Assembly (NCBI GenBank): GCA_963766735.1
Contig: CAVYBU010000006.1
Coordinates: forward strand, 141,272-205,271
DNA: 64,000 nt
Direction: 5' to 3'
Origin: an uncultured Chloroflexia bacterium
Lineage (GTDB): Bacteria > Chloroflexota > Limnocylindria > Limnocylindrales > CSP1-4
A program made the position numbers and the translations under genes. The notes under the pieces are model-generated. The model ran no database searches. It saw nothing but the letters and a program-made list of their open reading frames with translations, and was not told the DNA's origin. Below, in pieces: positions 12,194 through 22,833 of the stretch (its first letter is position 1; each line of letters begins with the position of its first letter).

Positions 12194-12937
12194 ATGCGAC
12201 TGACGGTGCTGGGCGCCGGCCCCGCCTACACCGACCGGGATGGAGCCACGGGTGCGTGCTACCTGGTCACCGAGGGTGACACCAACCTGCTGCTCGACCT
12301 TGGGCAGGGGTCGTTCACGCGGATCTTCCGCCATCTGGCGCCCGAGAACCTCACGGCAATCGTGGTGAGTCATCTCCACCCGGATCACATGGTGGATCTC
12401 GTCCCGATGCGGCACTACCTGCGCTACGAGTTCGAGCCGCCGCGCAGGATGCGGGTGCTGGGCCCGGGAGCCTTGGCGGAACGCCTGGATGCGCTGCACG
12501 CTGAACCGGGCTTCACGGCCGAAGCGCTGGACGTCGAACGCCTCGGGGAGGGCGCCAGCAGCATCGGGGCGCTCAGCCTGGAGACTCGCCTGGTCACCCA
12601 CACCGACGAGAGCTACGGGATCCGCGTTGCCGGCGACGAGGGGCCGGGGCTCGTCTACAGCGGGGACTGCGGCCGCGCCGAGGACCTGATGCCGCTCGTG
12701 CGGCCGGGGGACACCCTCCTCGCCGAGGTCTCGTTCGGAGCGGGGCCCGTCCCGCCCGGCGTGCTCCACCTGGACGGGCCCGCGGTCGGACGCCTCGCGG
12801 CTGCGACGGGCGCCGGCCGAGTGCTCCTCACGCACCTCCTGATCGGCCGCGATCCATCCGCCACGGTTGCCTCCGTCCGGACCTCCTTCGATGGACCGGT
12901 GGAGATGGTCTGGCCGGGGAGCCGGATCGAGCTCTGA
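12194..12937 (+). CDS. MBL-fold metallo-hydrolase (RNase Z-like)
   Basis: MRLTVLG, LLDLGQG, SHLHPDH, YSGD, LLTH. Confidence 0.9.
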   Translation: MRLTVLGAGPAYTDRDGATGACYLVTEGDTNLLLDLGQGSFTRIFRHLAPENLTAIVVSHLHPDHMVDLVPMRHYLRYEFEPPRRMRVLGPGALAERLDALHAEPGFTAEALDVERLGEGASSIGALSLETRLVTHTDESYGIRVAGDEGPGLVYSGDCGRAEDLMPLVRPGDTLLAEVSFGAGPVPPGVLHLDGPAVGRLAAATGAGRVLLTHLLIGRDPSATVASVRTSFDGPVEMVWPGSRIEL

Positions 12938-12975
12938 GACTCCCGCACGCAGCGGCCGGGGCCAGCACACAAAGA

Positions 12976-13013
12976 GAACCGGCCGGGGGGCAGATGCCCG
13001 ACCCGGCCGGTTC
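12976..13013. terminator. GC-rich hairpin between convergent genes, probable terminator
   Basis: GAACCGGCCGGG...CCCGGCCGGTTC 12-bp inverted repeat. Confidence 0.7.
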
Positions 13014-13055
13014 GATCGTGTGGTCCGGCGCCGCGCGGCGCCGGCTATGCAGGTG

Positions 13056-14063
13056 CTAGCGCTTGCGCGGCGCCTTGGCAGGCGTCGCCGGCGTCAGCAG
13101 GAGGACCGTGGCCAGCAGGCCGGCCATGGCGATCAGGAGCAGCTGCCAGGAGTTGCCTGACGGGCTCGAGCCACCGGAGATCGCGCCGGTGTCGGTCGGG
13201 GGAAGGGTGGGGTCCGGCGTGCCGGTCTCGGCCTCGACCGAGCCGCTGGGCGTCGGAGGCGGCGTCGGGGTCGGCGTGATCACCGGCTCGGGCGTCGGTC
13301 GGCGTCGGCGTCGGCGTCGGCGGGGGGTCGGCGTCGGCGTGGGGGTCGGCGTCGGCGTGGGGGTCGGCGTCGGCGTGGGGGTCGGCGTCGGCGTGGGGGT
13401 CGGCGTCGGCGTGGGGGTCGGCGTCGGCGTGGGGGTCGGCGTCGGCGTGGGGGTCGGCGTCGGCGTGGGGGTCGGCGTCGGCGTGGGGGTCGGCGTCGGC
13501 GTGGGGGTCGGCGTCGGCGTGGGGGTCGGCGTCGGCGTGGGGGTCGGCGTCGGCGTGGGGGTCGGCGTCGGCGTGGGGGTCGGCGTCGGCGTGGGGGTCG
13601 GCGTCGGCGTGGGGGTCGGCGTCGGCTCAACGTCGTAGCAGAACGAGATGTGGCTGATCCCGTTGCCGTTGCCCGCCTGCGGTCCGAGGTTCGTATCGGA
13701 CGTCGCCTCGGGGTCGTACACGTACAGGTTGTGCTTGTCACTGCCGGCCTTCACGAACACGGCGTCCACGCCAATGTTCGATGCCCAGTCGAAGCTGCCG
13801 GGAGTGCCGCTAGATGAGTTCACGTAGTTGGAGATCGTGACGGTCAGCGTCCCGTCGGTCACGGTGCCGTTGCCGAGATCTCCGCCTTCCACCTTGAGCT
13901 GGGTCCAGCCGGCGTTGAAGTCGTCGCAGTCGGGATTGCCCGCGTTGACAGGCGTTGGCGCGACGCTGGCGGCTGCGGCACCCGATGGTGCGATAAGCGC
14001 CGCGCCGAGCATCGCGGCGACCGCCAACCAGCCGGCCTTTCGAGTGATCCCCGTGAGTTTCAT
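13056..14063 (-). CDS. secreted surface protein with long Pro-Thr linker and LPPTD-TM-basic tail
   Basis: Signal peptide MKLTG...AAA; Cys-bounded beta-rich domain; (PT)n; LPPTDTG + hydrophobic helix + APRKR. Confidence 0.8.
   Translation of the reverse strand: MKLTGITRKAGWLAVAAMLGAALIAPSGAAAASVAPTPVNAGNPDCDDFNAGWTQLKVEGGDLGNGTVTDGTLTVTISNYVNSSSGTPGSFDWASNIGVDAVFVKAGSDKHNLYVYDPEATSDTNLGPQAGNGNGISHISFCYDVEPTPTPTPTPTPTPTPTPTPTPTPTPTPTPTPTPTPTPTPTPTPTPTPTPTPTPTPTPTPTPTPTPTPTPTPTPTPTPTPTPTPTPTPTPTPTPTPTPTPTPRRRRRRRRPTPEPVITPTPTPPPTPSGSVEAETGTPDPTLPPTDTGAISGGSSPSGNSWQLLLIAMAGLLATVLLLTPATPAKAPRKR
13323..13626. repeat. 18-bp tandem repeat (about 16-17 copies) encoding Pro-Thr
   Basis: Unit GGGGTCGGCGTCGGCGTG repeated near-perfectly. 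Confidence 0.95.
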
Positions 14064-14418
14064 ATGCGGTCCCCTGTGCGGCCTGAGCGGCATTCGCCGC
14101 GAATGAGAGCCGGGCGATGAGTTGGATCATCGGCCGCTGCCTGATCGATGCGCCAATCCTGACGGAAGGTTCGGTGCGAGTCCAGTACTGATTCTCTATC
14201 GATAACCGCCTATAACGGCACCCAACCGCAACGCGGTCTGCGGTTCCGTTGCCCATCAGCAACGCCGGGTCCCGGTACCAATGGCCGAACGCGCTTCCGC
14301 GGGAGGAAGCGAACGGGACGCACCCAGGCTGGTGCGTCCCGTCCTGGTCTCGGGGACCCGAGGTGAGGCGACGGATCAAGCAGGGCCGGCCGGAGACCGA
14401 CCCTGGCTCAGCGGAGCG

Positions 14419-16157
14419 TCAGCTCCGATTGTTCCGCCGGCGAGCCCGCGCCGGGGCCGGGACGAGATACCCGGCGGTCAGCATGAGCCCGGCAAGGGAG
14501 ATCAGGATGAAGAGCAGGCCGTTGCCAGCCGTGCCGGTGGTGCCGCCATCAACGGTGGACGTCGGCGGCAAGGTCAGGTCCTCGACCGTCCCGGAGGGTG
14601 TCGGGGTCGGGGTGACCTCGGGCTCCGGGACACGGATGACGGCGTCATCCGTGTCGCTGACCTTGCCCTCGGGGTCGAGGACCGGCTGGCCGTGACCGTG
14701 GCGATGTTGACCCGGAGGCCGATGCCCACGGGCAGCGTCGCGGAACAGGTCATCGCCTCGCCGGCGGCGAGGGTGGTCTTCGGGCAGATGATGGCGATGT
14801 CATCGGACGTGTCGCCCTGGCCGGCGAGGATCGGGCTGTTGTCGGCGGTCTTGCTGATCGTCACGTCGGGCGTCACGACGTTGACGGTGGAGTCATCGTC
14901 GCGCTCGGCGCCGATGCACGGGCCCTCGGTGATCTCGGCCACGTTCGTGTAGCTGCCGGCGGGGTTCCGTCGGCGATGCCGAGGAGGATGTAGCCGGCGC
15001 GCGGATCCAGGTCGTTCGCGTCGCCGTCGGTGATCGTCAGGGTGGAGTTCGCCGGGGCTCCCAGGAGCGGGTTCGGCGCGATCTCAAAGGTGGCACCGGC
15101 GAGGTGCTTGCCGTCCTTGTCGACCTTCTCGATGCGGATCTGGGCGCAGGTGTTGACCGTCAGCGGGAAGGGCTGGCTGGCGTCCTTGAGCGCCGACGTG
15201 GACGGCGAGCCGCCGGTCCGGCTGCGGATGGAGCCCTGGCCGAAGTTGAGGCAGGTCACGGGCAGGCCGAGGGAGGCGATGTTGACCGAGGCCTCGGCCC
15301 ACGCAAAGGCCGGCACGTGTAGGTCGCCGAGGGGAAGGCGACGTTGGCAGCGTCGGAAGTTGGTCGCCGAACGGACGGCGTTCGCCACATTCGCGTCGCT
15401 GATCTTGCTGAAGGTCACCTTCTGCCCGGTGTTGAACGCCTGCTACCGCGCTAACGCGGTAGAGGGTGACCTCGGGGTTCGAGCCGCCGTTGGCATACTC
15501 GAGGGAGATGAGGATGTCGTTGATGCTCCGGTCGGGCTTCGAGACGCCGGGGGCACCCGGGAAGACCTTGAAGGGCTTCTGGTTCAGCTCGAAGTCGACG
15601 ACCATCGTCCCGGTGGTGTCGATACGCTCGGCACCGAGGAAGACGTACGGATTGCCGCCGGAGACCTTGACGCCCGCCATCACGTGGCGGTAGTCGGTCT
15701 TGTCGTTGGGGCCGGAGTTGTTGAAGTAGCCCCAGTCGGTGGTGTCGAACTCCTTGTTCCCACCCACGTAGGCGCTGGTGTCCGGCGCGACGTCGCCGGG
15801 GACGCTCGCCTTGTCGACCGCGTCGCGGAAGAGAAACGACTCCGGCGGGCTCGCCGGGTCAACGAGGCCATTGATCCCGTTGCCGTCCAGCCAATCCTGG
15901 GCATTGGTCAGGCCGCTGTACAGGCCGGCCGGGATGTTGCCCGGGTTGCTGGCGGCGTTGCCGGACTTCAGGTCGCCGTCGACCTCGAAGCCCGCCACCG
16001 TGCCCGCCAGCAGGCCGCTGGCGGCGATGACGGGCGCTGGTGCGGCCGCGACCACGTACTGCAGCAGCATCGAGCACAGAAGGACCGCCGTCCAGAGGAG
16101 CACAAGGCCTCTCCTGGCACCGGCGCCCAAGGCGTACATGGATCCCCGAGACTTCAT
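14419..16157 (-). pseudogene. large secreted surface protein (Cna-B/SpaA-like and DUF11-like repeats, LPPT-TM-basic tail), split by frameshifts
   Basis: Signal peptide MKSRGS...; IEKVDKDGKHLAGATFEI; VTISKTADNS; C-terminus LTLPPTSTV...LLFILISLAGLMLTAGYLVPAPARARRRNNRS spread over several frames; may be assembly error. Confidence 0.7.
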
Positions 16158-16455
16158 GATCCCCGACCTCCCCGTGTGTTGGGACGCGAAACTGGCGATA
16201 CCGCCAATCTCCTTTGGTTCGACTGCCGGCCATGAGGGCCGGTGATAAGTCCTGGCGGGACCGCTCCCTGGTGACAGAGGGCGGTACCGTCGCCGCACGG
16301 TACTGCTCGAGGGCCGAAATAGGTACTGCTCAGGACTGCACCGGACTGACAGGCGAGCGGCGGCCGCCTCGTGACATGCGGACCGCGACACAGGAAGTGG
16401 TGCGGTCTCGCAACGATCGTCCTGGTACCAAGGGCGCATCCGCGGACCCGCTACG

Positions 16456-18191
16456 ATGACCGTCGCGACCCCCGCAAGCACCCAGGAGATGTCCGTGCCC
16501 AGCCCCGCCGATCCCACCGCACTGCGCGCCTCCATCCGTGCCCGGGTCCGCGCCGCGGTGGATCGGGCGTGGGCCGACTCGGTGGCGGCCGGGCGCCTGC
16601 CCGCGCTCGAGGACGGAGCCGTCGTGCCGGTCGTGGAGATCGAGCGACCGGGGAACCCTGCGTTTGGCGATTTCGCCACGAACCTCGCGATGAAGCTGGC
16701 GCGGCCGCTCCGCCGGTCCCCGCTGGAGATCGCGGAGGCTCTGGCGACCGCGCTGCGGATGGGGACGGCCACTGCGTTGATCGCCTCGGTGGAGGTCGCG
16801 AGGCCGGGCTTCCTCAACATCCGCCTCACGGACGTCGCCCTGGAGGGCGTCGTCAGCGGGATCCTCGCGGCGCCCACGGCCTGGGGCCGGATCCCGGCGG
16901 TCAACCCGCGCCGGGTCAACGTGGAGTTCGTGTCGGCCAATCCGACCGGGCCGCTCACGGTGGGCAACGCGCGCGGGGCGTTCGTCGGCGACCTCCTGTG
17001 CCGGGTGCTGGAGGCGGGCGGCCAGACCGTCACGCGGGAGTACTACTTCAACGACTCGGGCACGCAGATCGAGCACCTGGGCGCCTCCGTGGCGGCCGTC
17101 CGGCGCGGCGAGCCGGTGCCCGAGGACGGGTACAAGGGCGCGTACGTGGAGGACCTGGCCAGGGCGGTTCCGGCGGACGTCTGGGCGGCCGCCTCCGCAC
17201 CCGGCGCCGATGTGGCGGATGTCGTCGGCCGGTGGGCGGCGACCCGCGTCCGGGCAATGATCGAGGCCTCTCTCGCGCGGCTGGGTGTCCGTTTCGACGT
17301 CTGGAGGACGGAGGCCTCGCTTCACGAGGACGGCTGGGTCGCCCGGGCAGTGGACCGGCTGCGCGAGGCCGGCCACGTCTACGAGCTGGATGGCGCCCTG
17401 TGGTTCCGCTCCACGACGTTCGGGGACGACAAGGACCGCGTCGTCTACCGCGCGGACGGGCGGCCGACGTACTTCGCGGCCGACATCGGGTACGTGACCG
17501 AGAAGTTCAGCCGCGGATTCGACCACCTGATCTACATCTGGGGCGTGGACCACCACGGGACGGTCGCCCGCAACCAGAACGCCGCGCAGGCGATGGGCTA
17601 CGACCGCGAGCACTTCCAGGTGCTGCTGATCGGCTGGGTCCGGTTCGTGGTGGAGGGCGTCGAGGTCTCGATGTCCAAGCGGGCCGGGACCTTCGTGACG
17701 CTGGACGACCTGCTGGACGCGGTGGGCACGGACGCGGCGCGCTGGTTCTTCGCCTCGCGTGCCGCGCACGTGGAGATCGACTTCGACATCGAGCTGGCGC
17801 GCAAGCAGTCGGCCGAGAACCCCGTCTACTACGTCCAGTACGCCCATGCCCGGATCGCGTCGATCCTGCGCAAGGCGGAGGAGGCGGGGCTGGCTCCCGC
17901 GGCGGACGTGGCGGGTCTGCTGGCCGGCGAGGCGGAGGGCGCCCTGGCCCGCGCGGTGACCCGGTTCCCGGAGGTGGTGGAGGACGCGGTCCTGGCCGAG
18001 GAGACGCAGGGCATCACGGCGTACGCGACGGAGCTCGCGACGCAGTTCCACGCGTTCTACCGGGATGCGCGGGTCGTGGACGCCACGAGCCGGAGCGATC
18101 CGGGAAGCGGCTGGCGCTGGCGCTGGCCGCCAGGACGACGCTGGCGAACGCGCTCGCGCTGCTGGGGATCTCCGCGCCCGAATCGATGTAG
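16456..18191 (+). CDS. argS: arginine--tRNA ligase (apparent frameshift near 18085)
   Basis: FGDFATN, VEFVSANPTGPL, GDDKDRV, TYFAADI, MSKRAG, YYVQYAHARI; native C-terminus LLGISAPESM lies in another frame ending at 18191. Confidence 0.93.
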
Positions 18192-18215
18192 GCCCAGCGC
18201 CGGCTGGTGGACCGC

Positions 18216-18434
18216 TCAGCGGTCTCCGTCCGGAGGTTGCAGCCGCGCCCCCAGGATCGCCTCGATCGACGGCATCTGTGGACCGGCCGGCTCGCCGCAT
18301 CGCGGGCACGCGAGCACCTGCCCGTCGCCGGCAGGGCCGGGGCCCGTCATCTGTGCTTCGAGACCGTTCCAGCCGCAGGCGTCGCAGGTCCGCGATCGGT
18401 CAGGATCAAGGCCGAGTGCAAGGGGCTCGTCCAT
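18216..18434 (-). CDS. small zinc-ribbon protein
   Basis: CDAC...CPRCG pairs in 72 aa. Confidence 0.6.
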   Translation of the reverse strand: MDEPLALGLDPDRSRTCDACGWNGLEAQMTGPGPAGDGQVLACPRCGEPAGPQMPSIEAILGARLQPPDGDR

Positions 18435-18461
18435 CGGAACGCTCGCGATCTCCGGTGCGAC

Positions 18462-19766
18462 CTACTGGGCCAGCCCGAGGACGTTCGCGAGCCGACCGAG
18501 CACGTCGTCGGAGCTGCCGCTGACCAGGACGACCCGCCCCGGCTCCGGAACCAGCACGGCGGCGCTCCGGCCCGCGGCCTTGAGCTTCGCGACGAGCGGC
18601 TCGAGCGCCGCGGCGTACTCGCCCGCGTCCGCCTCGGTGTCCCAGGCGGTGTCGAGGACCACGCCAACAGCCCCATCCGGGCCTTTCACGAGCGCAACGC
18701 GGTCACCGCCCCAGCCCGCCGCCGCGTCGCTCGAGTTCGCGGCACCGCCCTCGCGCAGGAGGATCTCGAGCTGCATCTCTCCGAACGTGTCCTGGAGCGG
18801 GACCGTCCAGCCGGTGCCCAGCCGCTGCGCGAGGTCCTCGGGGAACGTCACGACCACCGGCTCCTCCCCCGCGGCCAGCTTGTCGGCGTGGAGGACCTGC
18901 TCTGTCGAGGCGGGAGGATTGGCAAAGCGATCATCGATCGCGCCGAAGCCTCCCCGGGAGTAGTCGCTGATCGCCAGCCCGATCCCCGAGGTCGCGGGGA
19001 ACAGCAGGGCCTGTTTGACGATCTCCGGCAGCTTCGCCAGCGCCGCCTCCGAGGCGGGATCGGTCAGGGACGCCACCTGGCCAAGCTCCGCGGCCGACAG
19101 GTTCGCCTGCGCCCACAGACCCATCGTGAGGTAGGCGTCGCCCTCAACGGCCGTCGTGCGAGCCAGGGACCGGTCGGACTGATCGGTCGCGTCACCGATG
19201 AACGCCTCCAGGTCGTGGTTCTGGTCCTGCAGGGCGTGGGTGTACTCGTGGGCATACGTGATCCTCTCGAGCAGGCCGATCTCGCCCGACTTCGACACCA
19301 CGTACAGCTGCTTGGTCTTCGAGTCGTACACGCCTGCGGCAGAGCTCGAGTACAGCTCGATGAAGAGGTCCTCCAGCGACGCGTCCTGCGGCATGAGGAG
19401 CAGCTCCTTGTAGAGCGTCTCGCCGGCCTCGACAAGCGACACCGGGGTGTTCTCCCTGAAGTTCTCCGTGAGGATGGTGCGGAGCTCCGCCTCGTCGACC
19501 ACGTTCCGGGAGACCGGTGTCTTCGGCTGGAGGCCACGCAGCGCGACCACCTGGTCCTCGATCTCCGCGTAGAGCGCGGCGAGATCAGCCGGGGAGGTGA
19601 GGGACGGCGAGGCGGAGGGACTGGCCGGCGCGGCGGACGAGCCCGGGGATGCGGTGGGCTCCGGGCTGGCCGGAACCCCGCTCGGGCTGGCGGTTCCGCA
19701 GGCCGCGACCAGGAGAACGACGGCCGCGAGGGCGGTTGCGAGCCCGCGATTTCGTAGGAGGGTCAT
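18462..19766 (-). CDS. lipoprotein with HEXXH metallopeptidase-like motif
   Basis: Lipobox VAAC, S/P linker, AHEYTHALQDQ, EGDA, STEQVLH, GWGGD. Confidence 0.8.
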   Translation of the reverse strand: MTLLRNRGLATALAAVVLLVAACGTASPSGVPASPEPTASPGSSAAPASPSASPSLTSPADLAALYAEIEDQVVALRGLQPKTPVSRNVVDEAELRTILTENFRENTPVSLVEAGETLYKELLLMPQDASLEDLFIELYSSSAAGVYDSKTKQLYVVSKSGEIGLLERITYAHEYTHALQDQNHDLEAFIGDATDQSDRSLARTTAVEGDAYLTMGLWAQANLSAAELGQVASLTDPASEAALAKLPEIVKQALLFPATSGIGLAISDYSRGGFGAIDDRFANPPASTEQVLHADKLAAGEEPVVVTFPEDLAQRLGTGWTVPLQDTFGEMQLEILLREGGAANSSDAAAGWGGDRVALVKGPDGAVGVVLDTAWDTEADAGEYAAALEPLVAKLKAAGRSAAVLVPEPGRVVLVSGSSDDVLGRLANVLGLAQ

Positions 19767-20034
19767 GGTGGTGGATATTGCCATGTCTGGCCGACGCACC
19801 CCGACTGCGGCACCCTTCCCGGATCGAGATGTCCGTTTCTTAACCGTTAGGCCGCTCACGGCTGAATCCGCCGCCGCGTATGTTGCTCTCGGAACAACCC
19901 TCACGTTCCATCCTCCCTCCCTCGGGACCGGGGGCGCCGATTGGGCAGGCGTCTCCGGTCCTTCTCTTTGCCCCGGTTTCACGGGTTCGCAGGACAGGGA
20001 GGCCCGAGTGAGCGGCCTGTGCAAGAATCGGGCC

Positions 20035-20706
20035 ATGGAGCTCACTTGGTACGGAAGAACCTGCATCCGCCTGCGCGGCAAGGACGCTGTCGTCGTGAAC
20101 GACCCCTACCCATCGATCGTCGGGCCGACCGGCCGCGGGATCACTGGTGACGTCGTCACGTTCAGCCACCCCGACGACAGCCCGATGGGCAAGAAGGCGG
20201 GCAAGGTCTCGCGGGACGGCGGCACCGTCATCCCGACCAGCCTGGAGACGGCGTTCGTGCTGGACGGGCCCGGCGAATACGAGGTTCACGATGCCCTGGT
20301 GACGGGCGTTCGGACGTACCGGGATGCGACTCGGGGCATCGAGCGGGGTCGCCAGACCGCGTTTGCCACGGAGCTGGACGGGATCCACACGATCCACCTC
20401 GGGGACATCGGCCACGAGCTGACCCAGGAGAAGCTGGGCGATATCGGCCACGTGGACGTCGTGTGCGTCCCGATCGGTGGTGCGCTCTCGGCCACCACGG
20501 CGGCCGCCATCGTCGCCCAGCTGGACCCCAAGATCGTGGTCCCGATGCCGGTCTGCGAGGAAGAGGCGGACTGCGAGGAAGCGCTGAGCAGGTTCCTGCA
20601 CGAGATGGGCGCGGAGCGGGTGGTGCAGCAGAAGCTCTCGATCACGGCCTCGAGCCTGCCGGCCGAGACGACGACGGTCCTGCTGGAGTCGCGCGGCAAG
20701 GCCTGA
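20035..20706 (+). CDS. MBL-fold protein with degenerate metal-binding motifs
   Basis: MELTWYG, DGPGEYEV, HLGDIGH, PIGG, LDPKIVVPM match the small Lactamase_B_3-type family. Confidence 0.8.
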   Translation: MELTWYGRTCIRLRGKDAVVVNDPYPSIVGPTGRGITGDVVTFSHPDDSPMGKKAGKVSRDGGTVIPTSLETAFVLDGPGEYEVHDALVTGVRTYRDATRGIERGRQTAFATELDGIHTIHLGDIGHELTQEKLGDIGHVDVVCVPIGGALSATTAAAIVAQLDPKIVVPMPVCEEEADCEEALSRFLHEMGAERVVQQKLSITASSLPAETTTVLLESRGKA

Positions 20707-20710
20707 GCCG

Positions 20711-21376
20711 GTGACGCCGATCATCGGGGGGCTGCTCGCGATCGCCGCCTGCGCGGCCGTCATCGACTGGATCGCCGTCTGGGTGGACGGACCGCACTCG
20801 CGGACGGTCGAGCGAATCGCCAAGCCGCTCGTGCTCCTGGCGCTCCTTGGCGCAACGCTCGCCTGGCCGGTGGATTCGGGTGACACCGCCTCCGTTCGTC
20901 CGTGGCTGGTCGCCGCGCTGACGGCATCACTTGTCGGTGACGTGCTGCTGCTTCCGCCCGGACGGTTCATCCCGGGGCTCATCGCGTTCCTCCTCGCGCA
21001 CCTGGCGTACCTGGTCGCGTTCGTCCAGATGCCCGGTTCGATGCCCTGGGTCATCGTGGGCGTCGTAATGGCGGGCGTCGTCGTCGCCACCGTGGGTCGC
21101 GTGGTGCTGCGGGCGGCGCGGCGGGTCGGGCTCGTGGCGCCGGTTGCCGTCTACCTGGTCGCGATCTGCGGTATGGCGATCGCCGCGACGAGGACGGGCC
21201 TGCCGGCCGCGATCCTGGGCGCGTGGCTGTTCGTCGCCTCCGACGCGATGCTCGCGTGGGGCAGGTTCCGGGTGCCCCTGGCCGGGTCCCCGAGGGGCGC
21301 GGCCCGCCTGCGCGGGGCGGTGATGGTCACCTATCACCTCGGCCAGGTGCTGCTGGTGGCGGCGCTCCTTCGGTAG
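20711..21376 (+). CDS. lysoplasmalogenase (YhhN family)
   Basis: KP, SLVGDVLL, FLLAHLAY, GAWLFVASD, TYHLGQ. Confidence 0.88.
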   Translation: MTPIIGGLLAIAACAAVIDWIAVWVDGPHSRTVERIAKPLVLLALLGATLAWPVDSGDTASVRPWLVAALTASLVGDVLLLPPGRFIPGLIAFLLAHLAYLVAFVQMPGSMPWVIVGVVMAGVVVATVGRVVLRAARRVGLVAPVAVYLVAICGMAIAATRTGLPAAILGAWLFVASDAMLAWGRFRVPLAGSPRGAARLRGAVMVTYHLGQVLLVAALLR

Positions 21377-21465
21377 GGCGAGCGCGGACCGGGTCGCTCT
21401 GACCACTTGGGCGGGCGCAGATCGGTGGCTCGTCCGGCGGCCGGAGTTGACCGGACCCGGAGGTG

Positions 21466-22833
21466 TCAGGTTCCGCGGCGATGGACGACGCGGCCGCGCT
21501 TCACCACGACGTCGACCAGGTCGGCGCCCACCCAGTACGGCAGCTGCTCGACCGACGGAACCCGCCAGATCACGAGGTCGGCCACCTTGTCGGGCTCGAT
21601 CGCGCCCGCCTGGTCGCCAATCCCGACGGCGTGCGCCGCGTTGACCGTGACCGCCGCCAGCGCCTCCGCCGGCGAGAGCTTCATCTCCAGGCACGCAATG
21701 GTCATCACCAGCGGCAGGTTGGATGTGGGCGAGGTCCCCGGGTTGAAGTCCGTCCCCAGCGCCACCGGCACACCCGCGTCGATGAACCGGCGGGCCGGCG
21801 CGGCGTCGCCGGTCATGAGGAACCAGGTCGTCGCGGGGAGCAGGGTCGCCACCACCGGCTGCGGACCCTCCGCGGCGGCCGCAAGGGCCGCCAGCCCCTC
21901 ATCACTCGGGACGTGCAGGTGGTCCGCCGACAGCGCCCCAAGCTCCGCGGCGAGCTCAGCGCCGCCCGAGGGCGCCAGCTCGTCCGCATGGAGCCGGACG
22001 GCCATCCCGTACCCGATCGCCGCCTGCAGGATCCGCCGGCTCTGGTCCGCCGTGAACACGCCCTGTTCGCAGAACACGTCGCACGAGCGTGCCCGGCCCT
22101 GGGCCGCCACGCCCGGCAGCTGGTCTTCGATCACGCTCCGGACGTAGGCCTCCGTACCGTCCGGGCGCGCCCGGAACTCGGGCGGAACAGCGTGGGCGCC
22201 CAGGAACGTGGGCACGACGTCCACCGGACCCTCGCTCCCCAGCTCGTGGGCAACCGCCAGCAGCCGCAGCTCCGTGGGGAGGTCCAGGCCGTAGCCCGAC
22301 TTGGCCTCGATCGAGGTGACGCCGTGGCGAAGCATCTCGTCCAGCCACTGGCGGCCGTGCGCCGCCAGATCCTCGGCCGAGGCTTCGCGGGTGGCGGCCA
22401 CGGTGGCCAGGATCCCGCCACCCGCCTGGAGGATCTCCATGTAGCCAGCACCCCGCTGGCGCAGGACCAGCTCCTGCTCGCGGGTCCCGGCGAACAGCAG
22501 GTGCGTGTGCGGGTCCACGAGCCCGGGCGTGACGACGCCACCATCGGCATCCACCCGGACGAACCGGGCCAGGGGATAGCCGCTCAGCTCAAGGCCCTGC
22601 TCCACGCGGTCCCGCGGCCCGACCCCGACGATCCGGCCCTCCCAGCACGCCACGACGGGCGCGCCCGCCGCGCCGGGACCGCCGACGGGTGCCGCGTCCA
22701 GCAGCGCAAGGTCCGCCTGTCCGGGGCCGCGCCGGATCCCGCCCGCCAGCGTGGCGATCTGCGACGCACCGTGGATCAGGAGCCCGGGGACGTCCGCGTG
22801 GCCCAGGCCCCCTTCGATGAGCCGGAGGGTCAT
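21466..22833 (-). CDS. hutI: imidazolonepropionase
   Basis: PGLVDPHTH, GGGILATV, EAKSGYGL, DVFCE, LHADEL, SADHL, GTDFNPG. Confidence 0.95.
   Translation of the reverse strand: MTLRLIEGGLGHADVPGLLIHGASQIATLAGGIRRGPGQADLALLDAAPVGGPGAAGAPVVACWEGRIVGVGPRDRVEQGLELSGYPLARFVRVDADGGVVTPGLVDPHTHLLFAGTREQELVLRQRGAGYMEILQAGGGILATVAATREASAEDLAAHGRQWLDEMLRHGVTSIEAKSGYGLDLPTELRLLAVAHELGSEGPVDVVPTFLGAHAVPPEFRARPDGTEAYVRSVIEDQLPGVAAQGRARSCDVFCEQGVFTADQSRRILQAAIGYGMAVRLHADELAPSGGAELAAELGALSADHLHVPSDEGLAALAAAAEGPQPVVATLLPATTWFLMTGDAAPARRFIDAGVPVALGTDFNPGTSPTSNLPLVMTIACLEMKLSPAEALAAVTVNAAHAVGIGDQAGAIEPDKVADLVIWRVPSVEQLPYWVGADLVDVVVKRGRVVHRRGT

Noticed and set aside
13323-13626. CRISPR array
   Set aside because: No unique spacers; coding Pro-Thr repeat; no cas genes
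18060-18191. argS pseudogenisation or programmed frameshift
   Set aside because: Essential gene, no slippery site, and similar single-base breaks occur in many unrelated genes; assembly indels are more likely
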